Assembly: GCA_002269645.1 (NCBI GenBank)
Contig: NIVC01001620.1
Span: 1-64,000, forward strand
Reading direction: 5' to 3'
DNA length: 64,000 bases
DNA from: Macrostomum lignano
Lineage: Eukaryota
Part shown: one piece after another, positions 58,905-64,000 of the stretch
How positions within the stretch are numbered: the stretch's first letter is position 1
Layout: the number at the start of each line of letters is the position of its first letter
The notes under the pieces: generated by a model
Databases searched by the model: none
What the model saw: only the letters and a program-made list of their open reading frames with translations
Told to the model about the DNA's origin: nothing
Program-made: the position numbers and the translations under genes

Positions 58905-60959
58905 CACAAGAGTCGGTGGGGGTGAAGCGGGTAGTGCGAGCGAGTGTGATTGACAAGACAAACTATAGGCTATTGTGGCTGCGTACAGTTGTTTAGAGTC
59001 ACTGCAGGCTGGTCTCACTGAGTAAAGAGTGGCGCCAAGACCCCCCCCCCCAGACCCAGTCTGGTCTGGCCAGAGTGCAGTTGAGGGAAAGGACTTATAC
59101 GGAGAGAAAGTGGTTCTCAGTTAGAGTTGCAAAATTGCTTGTCGCGTCGTAATGCCCTTTCTTTCTCTCGCTGGCTCACTCTTGAAGGATCGCCTGCAGC
59201 CTGCAAACGCCTTCTCAGCCTCTCTTGAGCCTCATCGGAGTTGCGAAGCGTGTTGCGAGTGCAGGGAAGAGAAATAGAAGTGACGACAAGAGAGAAGACA
59301 GGCCTCATTAAACTTTCACACCTAACTCCTTGTCACGGGCCCTGGCAAGGGGACTAATTAAGGTTTCTTTATAGGCTGCTTGCTTTACCAAATTATGGCA
59401 GTTTTACTAATTTAATGATTTTTAACAAGGTGGAAATTTCTGGCTTGTTTTATGAATAAAGATAAACAATATTATAGCGTAATGTAGTTTGAAGCTTTGC
59501 GCTTTTAGAGCGATGAAATCAATTAAAGTGACCCATTGATCTGGCTGGCTGGAGTCGCATAATAAACTGGAGGTTTTTTAAACAGAAAAATCTTAAGGCA
59601 GATGTGTTGTTAAATTTCTCGTTTTTTCTCAAAGTTCTAATTTTTTGTTATATTTCCTATTTTTATTTTATTTTGATAGATTTCTATTCTTTATTTTTAA
59701 AGAATTATTTTTATTTATATCAAGTTATATTTCTAGTTTTTAACAGAAAAAATGTTTTAAAAAAGTTAATTTTCTAGTCTTTATTTTTATTTTTTTATTT
59801 TCTATTTGCGGAAATTTATATTTCTTTAGTTAAAGACAAGTTACCCCCAGTTTTTATATCTGTTGATTTTTCGAAAAGTCATTTCGTCTGCCAGAAATTT
59901 GTTAAACTTCTAGTCTTGTAAAATTTATAGTAGTTCTGTTAGATTTCTATTGTACATGTACTTTGTGAAGCTTCATATTTTGTTAATTATATCTCTAGTT
60001 TTTTTATTTATAGTTAAGTATAAGGGTCTAATTTTTGTATTTGCTCCAAAATTTTTGTTTGAAATCATTTTCACAGATCACGTGATTTTATCTATTTTAT
60101 CCAAAAGTACAAACACCCATTGTTAACGAATCATTCTGCGCTGGAACTTCCGTCTCTTCCGTGTTTGAAAAGCAATGGTTGTTAATAAACAAATTCGTCA
60201 TTGTTTTTGTCCCGGCCGGATCCGCCGTTGAGATCCCCAGAAATAGAGACATTTTCCCTGCCACGAGTGTACAGCATAGCTGCCAGGCAGGAACAAAAGC
60301 ACTGCATTCAGAACGCTGCCAGCGGGTAAGAGAGGCCTGGAGGGGCCTCTCTTGTTGTGACTGTCTGCCTGAGCGCCTCTTTTGTTTGCTCCACTGCAGT
60401 CAGTCAAGTACAGAGTCAGACAGAGAGCTGTCAGCAAGGGCAAATAGCTAATCTGCACTCAGAGGAATTAAGCAATCGGATTATTACAAAGGCATTGCTT
60501 TCTAAGTAAACGACTCAATGGCTCACTCACCGAAGCAGTTCTGGAGCTGATTGCGACGACGCCAACAAGGACGATTGCTGCACGGCCACCAAATAGCAAT
60601 TATTATTCACTAGCAGAGCCGAAATGCCACTATACTCATAAGCTGAATTCTGTGCCTATTATAGACAGAGCGATGACTCCGCATGGCCCAAGCAATGCTG
60701 ATTGGGTGGCTGTAGGAAATTTTATTGCGAGATGGGACAGTCTGGCTGGGGAGGGACAGGGACAGCTCAAGGAGCTTTCTGACATGGACTGCTAAAATTT
60801 AGAAGGGCGAAGGACGGCTTTTGTGGAAATGTTCTGGATTAGATAGACGGAAAGTTTTCGCTTTCCAGAACGAGTTTCACTATAACTCACCTTCTATTCT
60901 ATAAATTCAACTTGCAACCTCGATTGTACATTTTCCAGCGCAAGTCAGCAGATCAGTCT

Positions 60960-63950
60960 TCACAGTCCCCAAGATTCACAGTCCCCAAGATTCACAGTCC
61001 CCAAGATTCACAATCCCCAAGATTCACAATCCACAAGATTCACAATCCCCAAGATTCACAATCCTCAAGATGAACCGTCCCTAAGACTCACAATCCCCAA
61101 GATTCACAATCCTCAAAATTCACAATCCCCAAGATTCGCAATCCCCAATCTTCACAATCCCCAAGATTCACAATCCCCAAGATTCACAATCCCCAAGATT
61201 CACAATCCCCAAGATTCACAATCCCCAAGATTCACAATCCCCAAGATTCACAATCCCCAAGACTCACAATCCCCAAGATTCACAATCCTCAAAATTCACA
61301 ATCCCCAAGATTCACAATCCCCAAGATTCACAATCCCCAAGATTCACAATCCCCAAGATTCACAATCCTCAAGATTCACAATCCCCAAGATTCACAATCC
61401 CCAAGACATACAATCCCCAAGATTCTCAATTCCCAAGATTCTCAATTCCCAAGATTCTCAATCCCCAAGATTCACAATCCCCAAGATTCTCAATTCCCAA
61501 GATTCAAAATCCCCAAGATTCAAAATCCCCAAGACATACAATTCCCAAGATTCTCAATTCCCAAGATTCTCAATTCCCAAGATTCTCAATCCCCAAGACA
61601 TACAATCCCCAAGATTCACAATCCCCAAGATTCACAATCCCCAAGATTCTCAATCCTCAAGATTCTCAATCCCCAAGATTCAAAATCCCCAGGACATACA
61701 ATCCCCAAGATTCTCAATTCCCAAGATTCTCAATCCCCAAGATTCTCAATCCTCAAGATTCTCAATCCCCAAGATTCAAAATCCCCAAGACATACAATCC
61801 CCAAGATTCTCAATTCCCAAGATTCTCAATTCCCAAGATTCAAAATCCCCAAGACATACAATCCCAACAACAAAACAACAACAACAAAATACGCGGCCCG
61901 CAAGCAAAGTCAGTTAGAGCAGGGCGCGTCAGATAGCGCGCCGCAGAGCCTGGGAGCGAACGAAATCCGCTCCGTTGGCAGTGTCGGGCGCCCAGCGTCG
62001 CACAGCAGGCAGTCCACGTATCGACGGGTTCGGGCCTGACCCCGCCTGAACGGGCTCTGCAAGGTGAGCAGCAGGACGTCCTGAACAGGTTGGGGGCAGT
62101 AGCCCTCGGCCCGGATCACGTGGCCCGCCAGTTGGAGTCGCCGTCGGCGCAGGATGGTGGACGGGCGCTGCAGCTTGGCCCGATCGTACAGGGCCTCGGT
62201 CCCGACGCTCTCGTCAGCTCGAAAGGCCGCACGGAGCAGCCCTGAGTGCGCCGAGTCCAGCTGCCGCTCCAACGTAGCCGTCAGCGTCCACGTCTCGGCG
62301 TTGTAGAGCAGGACGGTTTCGACCACCGCCTGCCACAGCCGAGCCCTCTGGCGGTCGGGCAGCGCTTCGGACTGGAGGACGGCTCGGATCGAACGAAAGG
62401 CCGCCCAGGCAAGTCCTCTGCGCCGCCGGAGGTCTTCTTCCACGTGGGGCACCAGACCGCCGAGGTAGGTGAACCGCTGGCAGCGTGCGAGCCTGGTCGT
62501 TTGCCCGTCTGCGCCGCGGCATGTCAGGTCTGCTGGGATGTCGGCCGGCACAGTCAGCACCTCGGTTCACAATCCCCAAGATTCTCAATTCCCAAGATTC
62601 TCAATCTCCAAGATTCAAAATCTCCAAGACATACAATCCCCAAGATTCTCAATTCCCAAGATTCTCAATTCCCAAGATTCTCAATTCCCAAGATTCTCAG
62701 TTCCCAAGATTCTCAATTCTCAAGATTCTCAATCCCCAAGATTCAAAATCCCCAAGACATACAATCCCCAAGATTCTCAATTCCCAAGATTCTCAATCCC
62801 CAAGACATACAATCCCCAAGATTCACAATCCCCAAGATTCTCAATTCCCAAGATTCTCAATTCCCAAGATTCTCAATCCCCAAGACATACAATCCCCAAG
62901 ATTCTCAATCCCCAAGATTCAAAATCCCCAAGACATACAATCCCCAAGATTCTCAATTCCCAAGATTCTCAATCCCCAAGACATACAATCCCCAAGATTC
63001 ACAATCCCCAAGATTCTCAATTCCCAAGATTCTCAATTCCCAAGATTCTCAATCCCCAAGACATACAATCCCGAAGATTCACAATCCCCAAGATTCACAA
63101 TCCCCAAGATTCTCAATCCTCAAGATTCTCAATCCCCAAGATTCAAAATCCCCAGGACATACAATCCCCAAGATTCTCAATTCCCAAGATTCTCAATCCC
63201 CAAGATTCTCAATCCCCAAGATTCAAAATCCCCAAGACATACAATCCCCAAGATTCTCAATTCCCAAGATTCTCAATTCCCAAGATTCTCAATCCCCAAG
63301 ATTAGCAATCCCCAAGATTAACAATCCCCAAGATTCACAATCCCCAAGATTCACAATCCCCAAGATTCACTAATCCCCAAGATTCACAATCCCCAAGATT
63401 CACAATCCCCAAGATTCACTAATCCCCAAGATTCACAATCCCCAAGATTCACAATCCCCAAGATTCACTAATCCCCAAGATTCTCAATCCCCAAGAAATT
63501 CAATCACCAAGATTCTCAATCCCCAAGATTCACTAATCCCCAATATTCTCAATCCCCAATATTCTCAATCCCCAAGATTCACAATCCCCAAGACATTCAA
63601 TCCCCAAGATTCACAATCCCCAAGATTCACAATCCCCAAGATTAAAAATCCCCAAGATTAAAAATCCCCAAGATTAAAAATCCCCAATATTCTCAATCCC
63701 CAATATTCTCAATCCCCAAGATTAGAAATCCCCAAGATTCACTAATCCCCAAGATTCACTAATCCCCAATATTCTCAATCCCCAAGATTCAAAATCCCCA
63801 AGATTCACAATCCCTAAGATTCACAATCCCCAAGATTCACAATCCCCAAGATTCACAATCCCCAAGACATTCAATCCCCAATATTCTCAATCCCCAAGAT
63901 TCACAATCCCCAAGATTCACAATCCCCAAGATTCTCAATCCCCAAGACTC
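60960..63950. repeat. 16-bp satellite (AATCCCCAAGATTCAC and variants), about 140 copies, interrupted by an RTE fragment
   Basis: Directly visible; the variants TTCTC, ATTCAAA and GACATAC form higher-order patterns. Confidence 0.98.
61865..62565 (-). mobile_element. 5'-truncated RTE-clade non-LTR retrotransposon
   Basis: CQRFTYLGG...RRRGLAWAAF...LWQAVVETVLLYNAETWTLT...LDSAHSGLLRAA is the RTE RT C-terminal region; (TTG)n 3' tail at 61865-61889. Confidence 0.9.
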
Positions 63951-64000
63951 TTAACTCACGAGCCCAAATTCTAAAACTGTCATGGCATCGTATCTGAGTC

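Noticed and set aside
58723-58956. N-terminal extension of the RING ORF to 429 aa
   Set aside because: Starts at TTG and runs through a (CT)n microsatellite; RING-family homology begins at the ATG at 58722.
62246-63373. 278-375-aa ORFs (SQDSQSPRFSIPKI repeats)
   Set aside because: Translations of the 16-bp satellite, open in several frames; the only unique part is antisense to the RTE fragment.

Overview
Eukaryotic (animal) genomic DNA, with no prokaryotic features or CRISPR. GC-rich spliced exons with polyQ/polyA tracts sit in AT-rich DNA packed with minisatellites; the overall style resembles the flatworm Macrostomum (inference only). I reconstructed seven protein genes by hand from GT-AG junctions and reading phase: a PDZ-domain gene (+, about 7-4198, partly frameshifted); a 134-aa unknown gene (-, 8669-9169); ABCF2 (-, 21086-25508, 3 exons, 655 aa); a roughly 680-aa orphan (-, 32973-35369, 3 exons); a 112-aa basic protein with a triplicated motif (+, 39444-40644); a secreted, probably GPI-anchored serine beta-lactamase-fold protein (+, 42789-56132, 5 exons, with a 10.2-kb last intron); and an intronless RING/TRAF-type E3 ligase (-, 57667-58722). 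Mobile DNA includes two Penelope-like retroelements with hammerhead ribozyme motifs and inverted pseudo-LTRs, a mariner-derived fold-back, hAT-type MITEs, two tRNA-derived SINEs, Helitron-like ends and an RTE fragment. The most unusual signals are: (i) minisatellites built from gene-processing signals (11 copies of the ABCF2 5' splice site, about 13 copies of the RING stop-codon region, about 30 acceptor-like motifs in one intron); (ii) hammerhead motifs whose CpG-decayed state can be reverted to a perfect minimal ribozyme; (iii) locally strong CpG deamination, which suggests DNA methylation domains. The long 650-670-aa ORFs in the track are satellite artefacts.
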